Made by a program: the position numbers and the translations under genes. The notes under the pieces are model-generated. The model was not told the DNA's origin. It saw nothing but the letters and a program-made list of their open reading frames with translations, and ran no database searches. Positions 1 through 13,949 of a stretch of DNA of 64,000 bases are shown one piece after another (the first letter of the stretch is position 1; each line of letters begins with the position of its first letter). The stretch is from Octopus vulgaris (lineage: Eukaryota), in contig OX597824.1 in assembly GCA_951406725.2 (NCBI GenBank), forward strand, positions 34,844,001-34,908,000, written 5' to 3'.

Positions 1-890
1 CGCACAATTCAGTGCTTATTTAAGAAATACGAGGAAACCGGATCAGCAGCTGACAAAAAGGGTAGGGGACAAAAGAGGCTGACGACCCAGCGGGAGGACC
101 AGATGCTGATCCGAAAGTCGCTGTACAACCGAAGGGCAACGAGCCAGCAACTGGCGGAGGAGATGCAAAAGATGACAGGGAAGCAGTTGTCTACAACCAC
201 CGTCAAGACCAGATTACTGGAAGCTGGTCTAAAATCCTGTAGGGCCGCCCATAAGCCGCTCCTTACAGCCCAAAACTGGAAGAGGCGGCTGCTCTGGGCC
301 CGTGCCCACAAGACATGGACCGTGCAGCAGTGGTGGACAGTGATGTTCACTGACGAGTCGCGATTCAGTCTTGTCAGTGACAAGCCTGTCCATGTGCGAC
401 GCCGCAGGGGTGAGCGCTTCAACAAAGACTGCATTGCTCTCACCATGAAGCATGGTGGGGGTGGTCTGATGGTGTGAGGGGCGTTCAGCTAGTGGTGTTG
501 GGCGGCTCTATGCCGTCGAAGGCAACATCAACGCAGCAAAGTACGTTGAGATAGTACGGGATACCTCTTTGGTGGCAAGGAGTACGTGCTCCAGCAGGAC
601 AACGTGCTTTCCCACACAGCCAAGCTCACAACCGGTTTCTTCAAGGACCATGGGGTGACGGTCATGGACTGGCCTGGCCAGTCACCTGACCCCTATTGAG
701 AACCTCTGGAGTCGATTGGGTAGGGATTTGAATGTGCAGCAATACAGGAACCGACACAAGCTGTTTGGGGCACTTCTTGCTGCATGGAGGGCCATCCCTG
801 CACAGTACCTGCAGGCACTCATAGACAGCATGCCGACCCCGCGTAGCAGCTGTCATTGCTGCCAAAGGAGGAGCAACAAGATATTGACTA
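1..890 (+). mobile_element. Tc1-family transposase pseudogene, cut by the window start
   Basis: ORF 103-477 has an HTH-like region (TVKTRLLEAGL, KPLLT) and the first catalytic motif FTDESRF. Downstream frames give LQQDN and DWPGQSPD/PIENLW, with stops and frameshifts. Confidence 0.9.
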
Positions 891-2219
891 AATTTCACGA
901 TTAATAACAATTATGTGGTGTGCTGGGATATGTTTTAATAAATTTTTGATTATAAACGAGTTCGTTTCTGATAATAAGTTAATTAAATTAAGAAAATGTA
1001 AGAAAATGTAGAAAGTGTACAACAATTCTTTTAAATTTAAGAATGATTAATTAATGTTTTGTAAGAAATCTTTTATCATAATATTTGTCTTTCTATTTTG
1101 ATAGCATTTGTTTTAAATACTCATTCATTTTCATTGGAATCTGTATTCTTCTAATTTTCTGAAGGTTAGTTTGATGAACTTGCGACATATGTCGAAATCT
1201 ATTAATTCTTTAATTTTGATACTATGCTTGAGATTATGGACAGAAGCATATCTGAATCTACAAGAAGAGAAATTCCAATGTTGGTTGGGTATATACATTC
1301 TTATGACGCATTTATTTTTGTATATATTAAGATATTGATTCATATAAAATAAATATTCATGTTTATAAGATTGATCATCATCAGAAAGGTTTTAAAACCA
1401 TTAAATATTATGTTTTATTTTTTTAATATTCCATATTGAAAACAAAATGAATTTGTGGTATTAATTACTAAAACTAGATGGATTCACATTTTTCTTCATG
1501 CAAAAACAATACTCTACATTGACATATAGAGAAGTTAGATTTGGCCATGAATAGGTTTAAACATAATTGTTTGGAAAAAATTATGCATAATAACAGAGCT
1601 ACATTTGTGTTTACTGTCATCCTATGGAGATGGATTTCATTGTTAAGGACATCCAGCCATAGAAATTATGCCAAAGCAGATAGTTGGTGCTTGGTGCTGG
1701 TCTCCAACTAGTCAGCTCAAGTCAAAAAGTTCAACCCATGCCAGTATGGAAAACATGTTAAATGACAATGATGATGATAATGATGGTGAGATTTTATATT
1801 TCAAGATTCACGATTAATTAAAATTTGTTAATTATTCACTTTTCATCATGTATATATTTCATCATACATATATTTTTATTACTCACTTTTCATCATACAT
1901 ATATATATTTTACTAGCAAGCTATTCCAAAGAAGACTGAAGCCTGTAAACCTGACAATGATAAATAAATTATTCATATTCCAATTAATATTATAATATTT
2001 TACCATTTATAACTTCAAAGTATTATTTTTACAACAAAAAGGAACAAAACTGACATCAGTCTGTTGATATATACCAATAATTACAATTTTCTGTTTATGT
2101 TTACTACTTTTGTACAAAAATTCTTATTACATTTTATGGCGCCAACTCATTCCATTTTATACTTTTGTAAAATTATGGTTCTCTGTTTTAAAGTGTTTTG
2201 TTGACCATGTTTTATTTAA

Positions 2220-2388
2220 CCCATAAGCAATTAAACCAACCAGATCCAGCCTCTTGCACCTACCCTATAAAGTCATATTAAAAATGAACAATCACATCAT
2301 TAAAGTTATGAGGTTATGCATGATTAGTTCGAAACAATTTGAATAAATAAGCATTACATTTGACAGAATAAGCTGAATGCTAAATGCT
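2220..2388. mobile_element. Decayed piggyBac-type MITE
   Basis: Starts TTAA-CCC; internal sequence resembles the reverse complement of 22146-22365. Confidence 0.5.
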
Positions 2389-2626
2389 TTAAATATTTGT
2401 TGCCATGATAATAGGGGAGGTAATTTTGGTTCACGTAGGAAATGGGAACTACTTTGACAAACCATTTACAGATATTTACAAATATTTCATATGCAAAATG
2501 TTTTACTTTATATAAGCACTAATATATGTGTGTGTTTGTAAATTTACAATCTTTGTAGATCTTATTGTTTATTTTATTAAAAATTTTTCAAGTAAAATTG
2601 GTCTGTCTTCATTTATTTATTTTACT

Positions 2627-3495
2627 TTGGCGAATCTCCGACATGTCATGTAATGTTATGGGTTGGGTCTGCCCCTCTGGCGAATCCCCACCGTGTCATG
2701 TAATGTTATGGTTTTGTCTGCCCCTCTGGTGAATCCCTGACATGTCATGTAATGTTATGGATTGGCCCTGTCCCTCTGGTGAATTTTCGACATGTCATGT
2801 AATGTTATGGGTTGGCCCTGCCCCTTTGGCGAATCTCCGACATGTCATGTAATGTTATGGTTTTGTCTACCCCTCTGGTGAATCCCTGACATGTCATGTA
2901 ATGTTATGGATTGGGTCTGCCCCTCTGGAGAATCCCTGACATGTCATGTAATATTATGGGTTGAGTCTGCCTCTCTGGCGAATCTCCAGCATGTCATGTA
3001 ATGTTATGGATTGGCTCTACCCCTCTGGTGAATCTCCGATATGTCATGTAATGTTATGGATTGGCCCTGCCCCTCTGGCGAATCTCCAACATGTCATGTA
3101 ATGTTATGGGTTAGGTCTGCCCCTCTGGCGAATCTGACATGTCATGTACTGTTATGGGTTGGCCCTGCTCCTTTGGAGAATCTTTAACATGTCATGTAAT
3201 GTTATGGTTTGTCTGCCCCTCTGGTGAATCCCTGACATGTCATGTAATCTTATGGGTTGTGTCTACCCCTCTGGCGAATTTCCAACATGTCATGTAATGT
3301 TATGGGTTGGCCCTGCCCGTTTGGCGAATCTCTGACATGTCATGTAATGTTATGGGTTGGGTCTGCCCCTCTGGCGATTCCCCAACATGTCATGTAATGT
3401 TATGGATTGGCCCTGTTCCTCTGGTGAATGTTCGACATGTCATGTAATGTTATGGATTGGCCCTGCCCTTGCAAATCACCCTCACATGTCATGTC
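2627..3495. repeat. About 50-bp minisatellite, about 17 copies
   Basis: Unit approximately ctggcgaatctccgacatgtcatgtaatgttatgggttggccctgcccct; cgaatc recurs at 2631 and 2681, period 49-50. Confidence 0.97.
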
Positions 3496-3504
3496 TTTTT
3501 GGTA

Positions 3505-4060
3505 TTGAACTGATGAGCTCTGTGGAATTTCTGCAACAATCGAAAGAATTCACCTTTAAATTTAAGGTTCTGTCAAAGGCCTTCTCCATGTCAATGAAAG
3601 CCAGGTACAGGGGCTTATCTGCTTCTCTCTGGCTAAATAAACCTGTCTCCTAGCTTCTCTTCTGGCAGTCTCATACAATTCCCTGCTACCACCGTTCTTC
3701 CAGTCCTTCCAAGCCTGTCTCTTTTCTCTAATAGCCCTGTCTACAACATTGTTCCACCACCACGTTATTTTGGGTTGAGAGGGGACTTTGCACCATCCAC
3801 AGATCTGGTCAGTTGCTCTCAGCAGGTTGTCCTATAGAAATCTTCAGTTGTCTTCTACACCATGTGAAGCTATATCCCCTTCTATTTTGTTAAAGGCTTC
3901 AAGTAGTATGTCTCTAAATCTCTGACCATTTGCAGTATCTTTAAGCTTCCAAACACTTCTTCTCCATGCTGGTCATCTTCTGGGTGTTCACTTAGTCCTG
4001 ATCCTAAAGTCATTAACTACCAGTCTATGTTGTGGGATACATTCTTCACCTGGGTCTATG
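3505..4060 (-). mobile_element. RTE-clade LINE fragments with internal deletion
   Basis: Minus strand gives KPLYLAFIDMEKAFDR (RT), TWWWNNV and EECIPQHRLVV (endonuclease end); homologous to 13950-16080. Confidence 0.85.
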
Positions 4061-4244
4061 TTGTGGGGTACACACACATATATATATACACATATATACG
4101 TACATATATATATATATATACATAAATATATATAAACATACAGATATATATACACTCATGTATATATATATACATGTATACACATGCATATATACACAAA
4201 CACACACACCTATGTATATATATTGATACACACATGTACATTCT

Positions 4245-4612
4245 TTTGTTTGTTTCAGCTATTTGACTGCGGAGATGCTGGAGCACCACCTTTAGTTGAA
4301 CATATCGACCCCAGGACTAATTCTTTGTAAGCCTAGTACTTATTCTATTGGTCTCTTTTGTCAAACTGTTAAGTTACGGGAATGTACATACTCCAACATC
4401 GGTTGTCAAGTGATAGCAGTGGGGACTAACACAGACACACAAACATATACGACAGGCTTCTTTCAGTTTCCATCTACCAAATCCACTAATAATGCTTTGG
4501 TCGGCCTTAAGCTATAGTAGAAGTCACTTGCCCAAGGTGCTATACAGTGGGGCTGAACCCAGAACCATGTGGTTGGTAAGCAAGCTACTTAGCACACAGC
4601 CACTCCTGCACC
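4245..4612 (-). mobile_element. tRNA-derived SINE, family A (CORE-like ccttgggcaag)
   Basis: Reverse complement of the family at 38211-38610 and 62430-62864. Confidence 0.9.
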
Positions 4613-4769
4613 TCTCTTTCTCTTTCTCTATATATATACACACACAGATACTTATATATATATACACGCACACATATTTACACATACACACACATATATA
4701 TATGCATACACACACACATATATATATATACATATCTACATAAACTTATATACATATGTACAATTCACT

Positions 4770-5780
4770 GGTCCCACTCCCAAACTATATGGTCGTTATA
4801 TCAATGACCGTATTGGTGAGACCTCACCCTTCTCTGAATGACTAGGCTCTTTGCTCTCTTTTGTACAATTCTTCCATCTTGCCCTCGAATTCTATCGCAC
4901 TATTTCTTACTCGTCCATTGAATTTCTCAATATTTCTCTCAGTATATACCACTTCACTCTCAGTACCTCCATCCACTACAAACATATGGACTCACACACT
5001 TACCTTAACTTCTCCTCCTCCCACCCTACTGACACCAAGCTCTCCATCCCTTACTCCCAATTCCTCCATCTGTGCAGTGACAACCATGACTTAGTGATTC
5101 ATTCTCAACTCATGGCTCACCACTTCATCTTATGTAGATATTTCCTCTTCTGTGTACTTTTTCTCCCTGCATTTGCCCTGCCGTTGCCTGTCTCCAATTT
5201 CCTTTCACCTACTACTCCCCCACCTTCAATGTACCATTCTCTGAGCCTTCCGGTGTCTCCAGTCTGATCCTTCCACCTCACACATTTTCCCCAACCTACT
5301 TCTTCCCTCCTTCAAATAAGCTCATAACCTGTGCAACCTCCTGGTCCACAGTTTCTTCCCTAACCCTACCTCCCAGCCTGGCTCCTTCCCTTGCTCCCAT
5401 CCTCACTGTTGTACTTGCCTCTACCTTCCAACACCACCATCCTCACAGGTACCCATCATCATCCCTATCACATCACTGACTCCTTTACCTGCACTCCTAG
5501 TAACATCATTTACTGCATCTCCTGCGCTTTCCACCCTTCCCTGTACATTGGTCAAACGAGATGCCACTTAGCTGACCAATTCGCGGAGCACCTCCAAGAC
5601 ATCAAACTCGGTAATGACTCCCTGGTCTCATGCCATTTCTGTTCTACCGGTCATTCACTACATCTTTCTGTGTTCGGACTATCTTTGCACAAAAGCTATG
5701 CGAACTCCCACTTTCACCGTGAACAGGAATTAATCTTCTTTTTAGTCCTTTGTGCCACATGGGCTCAACTCCCCTCCTCT
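4770..5780 (+). mobile_element. Penelope-like element (Neptune-like), RT C-terminal half and GIY-YIG, decayed
   Basis: YGRYIND (RT), HYKHMDSHTYLNFSSSHP..TKLSIPYSQFL, and ITDSFTCTPSNIIYCISC...LYIGQT..LADQFAEH (GIY-YIG). Confidence 0.9.
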
Positions 5781-5974
5781 CTTCATCAATATCACCTTAC
5801 ACTACTAATACATTCCAACACACTAGTACTGACCACTTCCCAGCACCCACACCATCTTCAATAGCTTCACCGCACTTGCCACTATATGAGCAGCCACAAA
5901 CACTGTGTAACTCAGTACACATACCACACACCATCATGCACACTCCCACAAGCACATAATACCTGAACACAGGC

Positions 5975-6024
<50 letters not shown>

Positions 6025-6766
6025 ACACCCATTAATACACACTACATACATAGAAAAAATTAACTTACACCAACATATACATGCCATACACATGCACACT
6101 GTTTGGTCACAGACTCATACACACAGATGTACACACACCATGTCAAAAAGCACACCTCATCTGCTACACACAACACACATTACAGATGCACACACATCAG
6201 AGTCACTAACTCCTATTCACACATTCATACACACCATTCTCACATACACACACATACATGTCCTCATTAGGGATTAAATAATCCAAAGATTTTACTGGTT
6301 AATCACTATCATATAAAGAGAAAGTCTCAGTGATATGTTAGAGATTATTATAGTGATATATATTGGTAATAATGATGGAAAGAAGAAAATGGAGAATTAC
6401 GGATGTATGAATAATTTATTTGTATGATATAATGAGGTTGGAAGATTTTTTTTATAAAAACAATACAAATAAATTATAAATTATAAAGCTGTAAAAGAAA
6501 TGGCAGATGCCAAATACCTATATATATGTTTTGATTCATACCCCTAGGTGAATAGTAATTCTAAGCATTTGGGTAGGATCATATGCTAAGAATTGGTCAT
6601 CATTTTCAACTATATGGGCCAGAATCTCATCAGGGCTTTATGAGCTTATACAATAAAGGTTAAAATATTTCTTGAAAGGATGAAGACAAATTACTAATAA
6701 GTTTAAGTTAGATCACATATAATGAATATGTATTTAGCTTGTGAAATATAGATGTAAGTAAAGATA

Positions 6767-7071
6767 TCTTTATATATAAAACTGAAGTTGTGTGTGTGTC
6801 TGTCTACTCCAATTTAGATTCCTAACTACTCCCACATTTTGCGATGCAGTTTAACCAAAAGCAGGTATCTTATAGTCGTGATTCATATCGAGCCCTTCTG
6901 GGTATTAGCGTGCATCTATGATGAGTCTACGATTTAAAAAAAAATTTACCATCACTTTTCCGCATTTTTAATGCATTTTTTGTTCGGTTTATATAAGGGA
7001 AGTAACTCTCTAAAAATGCTTATATAGTTATTTCCCTTACAAACCCGAGCAACGCCAGGCGATACTGCTAG
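6767..7071 (+). mobile_element. Non-autonomous Helitron
   Basis: 5' TC, 3' CTAG preceded by GC-rich cccgagcaacgccaggcg, inserted between A and T; second copy starts at 63367. Confidence 0.85.
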
Positions 7072-7473
7072 TAATAAAATAAAACAAAAAATAAAAATAA
7101 CAAAGAAATAAAGTTTAAGAAGATATATAAAAAGTAAAGAAAAATATAACTATGTAAAATAGTATATATATTTAAATAAAAGGAAAGAATGATACTGAAA
7201 TATGCAAGGAAAGAATTATATATGAAAATAAATGAAGGATAAGTTAGATAGTAAAACAATTATTAGTTGACTGTTAAAGATGAATTATCTTCATTGGCTT
7301 GTTAATAGATACAGTTCAGGAAATCTATGGATGCTTAGTGTTCACATCATATTGTTATATTAAAAATTGGGTATAGACAAAAGTTTGAAAAATCTAACCA
7401 TTATGCTATGTAAGCCTTACATGTGAACCCTTTGTCATCAATATATAAAATGTATTCATATTTATGTATTTAT

Positions 7474-7504
<31 letters not shown>

Positions 7505-7713
7505 CTACAATATATATGCGTACATATTTACACATATGCATATATTGACACAAAATCTATATTTTGTATATACATATATAAGTTCAGCAAGAATTTAGAT
7601 TCAGATGAATATGGTACTAAAGTTGAGGCACCAGAATTTAGTACGGTATTGTCCATACAATTTCAAAATAAGGCGATTAGAATCAAAATAAGCAACAAGG
7701 ATATCCAGAGGTA

Positions 7714-7801
7714 ATGCAGTACAAACGTTTCACGCAACTCCATTTAATTGAACAACACACCCATTACATCAATTTAAATGCAGAGCAATCCTCAGCTGCA
7801 C
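7714..7801 (-). ncRNA. Type I hammerhead ribozyme
   Basis: Minus strand: gtgcag CTGAGGA [long stem II] GAAAC gttt GTA ctgcat. Confidence 0.8.
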
Positions 7802-10235
7802 AAAAACATAGAATTTGATTAAATTTAAACAGATGGACACATTTGTCTAATATCTCCAAGAAGTTGATGATTTTTAGTGATTAAGCTATTTTATATGCTT
7901 TTCTATGGTGTTTGCTTTTAGATAAACCTAAATTTTTGTACCGTTATAAATACTTAGTTTATATAAAACAATAGGGGTATCTTCTCAACTTAAAATTAAA
8001 CTGCTTAAATTATAATTTAATTAATTTATAGTTAATTTGTTCTTTCACCTCAATGCTAAATCTTCTTGATAACCCAAAATTTTAACTTGATACAATATGG
8101 CTATATTGTTTAAAATAGTTTTTAGTAATCAATTTTTTATCTCTTTCTTAAAGGGTTCCATCCTCCTGATCTTAGTATTTATATTGGTTTTTATACAAGC
8201 AGCCCTTCTAATTGAGTACCCCTAAGAAAATGTAATATCATGTACAGATCAACACTAATAACTTTAAAAACCTATACTGTACTATATTATACCTCTTTAT
8301 TTAAGATTAGTATATAATTAGCATGTTCTTTTAAATAATATTCTTTTAACAAATACCGGGTATCAGTCTTGTGTTAAGCTAAATAAGTTAAACGATTTTT
8401 AGTTCACAATACTTAAATTATTATAAATTCTATATAAATCTTCTCTATTGAAGTTAATTAGGTATATATTTTTTGTAATGGTTTTAGTGATTAGGCTATC
8501 TTTATTCCTTTTCTATGGTGCACTACCCTACATGATCATTTTATTATTTTATAATAGCCTTTGATAAATCTAATCTTTGTACCCCTATTAAATCACACTT
8601 AGCTTATATAAAACAATACTGGTATCTCCACAACTTAAAATAATTCAATTTAATTAAATTAGCATATGGTTAACATGTTCTTTAGCCTCAGTGCTCCTTT
8701 ATTAAATACCAATCTCAATCTCCACAGATACCATTTAATAAGTTAATATTTAGTTAATAAGCATAAATATTAAACTATTTCCATGTAACTTTCTTTTCTC
8801 TCTCTATTGTGGTAACATTTGGTATATACTCAAAAGTATTCATAGAAGTTTTACCCGTTTGTTATAATATCATTCTTAATAATCTTCTAAACCCTAAATT
8901 TTAACTTTATACAATATGGCAATATTGTTTGAAATGATCTTTAGAAGTTACTTGATTTATCCCTTTATTAAAGTGTACTCCCCGCCTGATCTTAGTATTT
9001 ATAAAGGCCTTGATATAAGTAGCCCTTCTAATTAAATACCCCTAAGAAACTAAAAATATCATGTATGGAGTTACAATAATAATTTCTAAAACCTATAATA
9101 TAACCCTTAGTTTAAAAAAATTAGTGTAAAATTAGAATGTCCCATAACATAAATATTCCCGTAGCTAATATCAGGTATTGATACTAGCTATATAAGTAAA
9201 TATATAATTTTTAGTTTAGTATATTTTGAATTATTATACATTTTCTATATATCATCTCTATTGTGGTTAATAAGCTACATATACTTTATCATGTTTTTTT
9301 TTGTAATTAAGCTATTTTATTCCTTTTCTATAGTGTTCTGCCCTACCTGATTATTTTAGTTCTTTATTATTTTATAATAGCCTTTATTTATTTATTTATA
9401 AAATAAATCTAATATTTGTACCGCTATAAATTCATACTTAGCTTATATATAAGAATACTGGTATATTCACAACTTAAAATAAACTGATTAGATTATAATT
9501 AAATTAATTTATAGTTAGCATGTTCTTTTACCTCAGTACCAGTATATACTAATTGATCAATATTAAATACCAGTATATACTAATTGATCAATATTCACTG
9601 ATACCATCTGATAAGTTAGTATTTAAGTTTATAATATGTATAAATATTAAACTACTTCTGGATAATTTTCTTTTCCTCCCTCTTTTGTAGTAAAAGTTTG
9701 GTATATACTCAAAAGTATTCATAAAACATTTTATCCTTTTGTTATAATTATTATTAATAATCCTCTGAATAACCCTAAACTTTAACTTTATACAATATAG
9801 CAGTATTGCATAAAATATTGAACTATAGTACTACATAAGATTTCCTCTGTTTCATTATCAATAGTCTGCTAGTGGCCAGCCCCCTTAATTGTCAGCTAAC
9901 ATCTTGATTTAAGTTTTCCTTTACCAAACCCCATGATATTGCTTCAAATAAATCTTGATTTTTATGACTATGCCCACTATGATTTCTGTCGACTCCCTCA
10001 GCCCTACCCCTAACAGATATACAAGGATTCGATAAAACTAGTCTATAAATTATAACTGACCCCATATAAAATTGACAAGCAAAATTTGTAACAAATCTTT
10101 CTTCCTGATAACTTAGTAGCTTCTAAGTGGAAGGAAAGGCAGCATGTTCTTTGTCTATCTCCTTAACTTCTTGGAGATTTTAGACAAAATTATACTAATG
10201 TGTCATCTGTTTTAATTTAATTAAATTCTGTCTTT

Positions 10236-10323
10236 GTGCAGCTGAGGATTGCTCTGCATTTAAATTGATGTAATGGTTGCATTGTTCAATTAAATGGAGT
10301 TGCATGAAACGATCGTACTGCAT
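10236..10323 (+). ncRNA. Type I hammerhead ribozyme
   Basis: gtgcag CTGAGGA ttgctc...cattt aaattga / tcaatt aaatg gagttgcat GAAAC gatc GTA ctgcat; stem I tgcag/ctgca; palindromic loop 3. Confidence 0.85.
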
Positions 10324-11149
10324 TACCTCTGGATATCCTTGTTGCTTTTATATGTATAAACACACACACACATATACATACACATATACTCACACTCAAA
10401 ATATATATATTTATTAAATTTATTTGCATTTATCTATTATCAGAAAGGTTAAATTGTTAGAATTATGTTATGGGAAGTATAATATCTAGAATTGATCAGT
10501 TAAGAGGTCAAATAAAGAGAAAAGTTGAATGAAGGAGTGAAGAGAAAAAAAATAAAATATTATATAATGAAATAAAATGGGAGCATATATTGGGTATTTG
10601 TTATAATGTAGCATAATATGTTTGTAATTATTAATTATTAGTTGAATTAATAAAAATGAATTGGAGTTCTTTTCATAATATGTAGGAATAGTGTATTACA
10701 TTATATGAAGAAAAAATGCAGTATTTGTATTTATGATTGATTTTTTTTTTATTTTGCTAAGGTAGATTAGATTAGGACTATTTAGTAGTTAAACAAGTGT
10801 TGATATTTAAAGATGATTTAACAAATATGAATTATATTTTAATTTACTCTAAAAATAAGAAATAAATAAATCATATACAATTTATAGATAAGGAGATGTT
10901 ATTTATATATATTACAAAAAAAAAATAAAACTGAATGATTGTTGGAATATAACCATTTATATATATTATGCATATGTTAGAAATATATATTGCAGCAAGA
11001 TATATATTCTAAATTCTATAAAATTAATATAAATGCTGGTTGTAATAAGGATCTAATTAATTCAGTTTCAAATTTTAGTAAAAATATTTATGGTTAATAA
11101 GGAACCTAATGATTAGTGATATTAATAATTTTAAAAAAAATTAATGATA

Positions 11150-11930
11150 TTTATAAAATAGATATTCAGGAGAGTGTAGGCAAAGCAAGAATTTTTCAAC
11201 TCTGTCATTTAATAATTATTTACTAGAAAAAAGGATGTTATAGCACTCTGAAGTGCAGAGTTGACAATTTCTATCAGGTGATGGTAAGATTTTGCAGAAC
11301 ATATAATCTTCCATCTAATTCTAAGATTGATATTACTGTCTTTTAATTTCCAGATGAATTTACTAAGATTAGTCAAAGAACGTTTATTGGGGTTTCTAAA
11401 AGAAAGCTCATGGTTAGCTAATCAAAGTTTCATATATGATTCCGTAGAACCATTGTAGTAAAAGAGTTTATCTTCAGTTTCTACTATAGCTTGGTATACT
11501 AAATTCTTCCATTTGCAATAATTATTAAATTTACATTGCCCTTTAACCCTAAAACCACAGAACTTACTAAGATTATCACTAGGATTAGTAGGTGGGTTAT
11601 GGGCAATAGGCTTCCTTTGAATTGTTTATATTTGAATATTTGAATTTGGCTTTATCTGGTACACTGTGTGTTTGCTTATTATTGGGAATATTAAGCTTTC
11701 ACTTAGCATAAAAATTATCTAATTTTGGATAATTCATAGAAGATATATATCTAAACAAATTATAGGAAACAGAATGACCAAATTTAAAATGTCTATTCTG
11801 AATTATGTCACTATATTTGTTATATTACAAGAGAAGTGTTTCTTTATTATCTAACGTATAACTTTAAGCTTGTTTTTACTTGCTTAGCAATGGGCAATAT
11901 TAACCAGATAATATTCTCCTTTATTTTACT
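11150..11930 (-). mobile_element. PLE C-terminal GIY-YIG region, Naiad-like, decayed
   Basis: Minus strand gives CKWKNLVYQAIVET..YYNGSTE...NHELSFRN..TNLSKFIWKLKD..IRWKII and an upstream NIIW motif. Confidence 0.75.
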
Positions 11931-13949
11931 AGAATTGAGATTAACATCATTTGTTACAGAGGATTTTATATAAAGTATATCATTTTTATTTTACCTTTTT
12001 ATATTGTAATTAGTGTTAATGTTGCTATTATCATTGTAAGGTGCCATGTTAACTATTGATTTGGTCAATGGCTAATTTATTATTCATATTTTTCTGATTT
12101 TGGTCATAATGTGCTTTGGTTTATTATGCTTGGGGTGTGATACACTTATATTTATGTTGTTTTTATCAATATCAGATTGTGCAATTAGTCTTAAGGTCTT
12201 TGTCGTTTCTACTACCCTATTTCTATGTTGGTTATTTATGTTCAGTATAAAGTTATTATATAATCTATCAGCTGTTTTATCTTTATTTATTGCATTAATC
12301 ATAGCTTTAGTGTATCTCTGAAAGAGATACATAAGCAAAATGGTATGATTATAACCACATTCAACTTTTCCTTTTTTCTTCTCTATGCTCTTCTTTATTT
12401 ATTCTTCACTTTGAGGAATGTAAGGAAGGATGGTACATTAGAAATATATTTGGAAATTGAAGGTGTGGCAAAAGAGATTGATAGAATAAGCTCCATGTTT
12501 CAGGTTAGTTTTATTACCAAATATGATAAATATATTTAGCATATCAATGGCAATACCATACAACATTGGAGCAGAAACAGCTGTTAGATAGGTTGAAGTC
12601 TATTTGTATTGAAATAATAGATAATAATTGATGTTTGTTAATATTTCTCCATTTTCTGTTTTCTTTAAATTTTGATTATTGATAAACTCATGTTTATTCT
12701 TGTCTTTACCTATAATTTATGAGCGTAATATGTTTGCATATGTATGCCCATGGTTAAACATAGGTAATATACCAGTAGTGTAATGGATACTTCTATCCCT
12801 TAGATGGTTATTTTAACCTCTGACTCAACTAACTTTATATATATCATTAGAAATTATAAGTTTATTGCTTTAAGTTCTCCGGAAAAGGAAGCTGTCAAAA
12901 GTGCTGAGTTATCCTCTTTTAAAAAAAATTATGTAATATGTAATCTTGGTTGTTTTTCCAAGCCTAAATTCTTTTGTGAAGAGCTTTGGAGTAAACAAGA
13001 ATTATAAATTCAGACTTTTGTGGTAAGAAGGGTCTTTAATATGAAATAACTCTCTTTTCTCTTGGAATGACCCTGAAATTATAAATTCACAGAATCAATT
13101 ATAAAATATCAATATATTAGAATTAAAAGATTCAATTTTTTTAAACTAAATAATAGATCAACACAACTTACATGACACCAGAAAATTAAAATATCAAAAC
13201 CAACCACAATTAAACTTGGATTCAGAAAAGCAAGAGTTCAAAATAGATATAATCATCTACAGAGGAAGTAAAGAAGTTATGTGGTCACTTGACATGCAAG
13301 AACTTTTAAATGCGACCTTAAAAAACAAGCCTGGGTACTCTTGATCTGATATCAGTTATTTAAACAAAGGTTATTGAGTTTCTAGAGAAATAGTTCATTC
13401 CTAATAATAGTAGCTCTAAGCCATGTTCAAAGACACTTCACTTTACTAACCTAGTCACCTACTTCTTAAATTGATCTTTTTATGTGTTTCAGTTATTGGA
13501 CTGTGGCCATGCTGGGACAGTGCCTTGAAAGGTTTTAGTCAAACAAATCAATCTCAATAGGTATTTTTAAGTGTGGTACTTATTCTATCAATCTCTTTTG
13601 CCACAGTACTAGATTGCAGGGATCTAGATAAACCAACACCAGTTCCCAAGAGACGGAGGGGAACAAACACAAAGACACACTTACACAGTTGACTTCTTAT
13701 AGATTCAATCTTCTGTTACCATTCACTTCACACACACATATTGGCATACATACCATCTCACCTTCAATTTTCAAATATATTTCTAACGTACCATCCTTCC
13801 TTACATTCCTCAACACTATTATACATTGAGCACAGGTACCCTTCTTTACTACCCACCTATCATACTCATCCATGCACAAACACACATACAAACACAAACC
13901 ACAGTATCATGAACTCCTAACTACCCATCCCTTACTGGTTCTGCTCCTT

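Larger units (their letters stand above)
7690..10347. mobile_element. PLE-type element with about 180-bp inverted, hammerhead-bearing termini around decayed internal tandem repeats
   Basis: 7690-7865 is the reverse complement of 10165-10347. Interior marker aaccc(t)aaa.tttaactt recurs at about 8071, 8891 and 9771. Confidence 0.8.

Noticed and set aside
1912-1950. Possible downstream exon of the receptor gene
   Set aside because: Weak donor, early stop in the expected frame and no domain similarity.
2627-3495. CRISPR-like array
   Set aside because: The variable halves are homologous to each other rather than unique spacers; eukaryotic context and no cas genes.
4032-4743. ORFs rich in Y/I/H/T/C/V (also near 18500, 22450, 25440, 45000, 51400)
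   Set aside because: Translations of (TA)n/(CA)n microsatellites and SINEs.
6270-7400. Additional very old PLE fragments (also about 10400-11150 and 12500-13200)
   Set aside because: Only faint motif traces; too degenerate to call.
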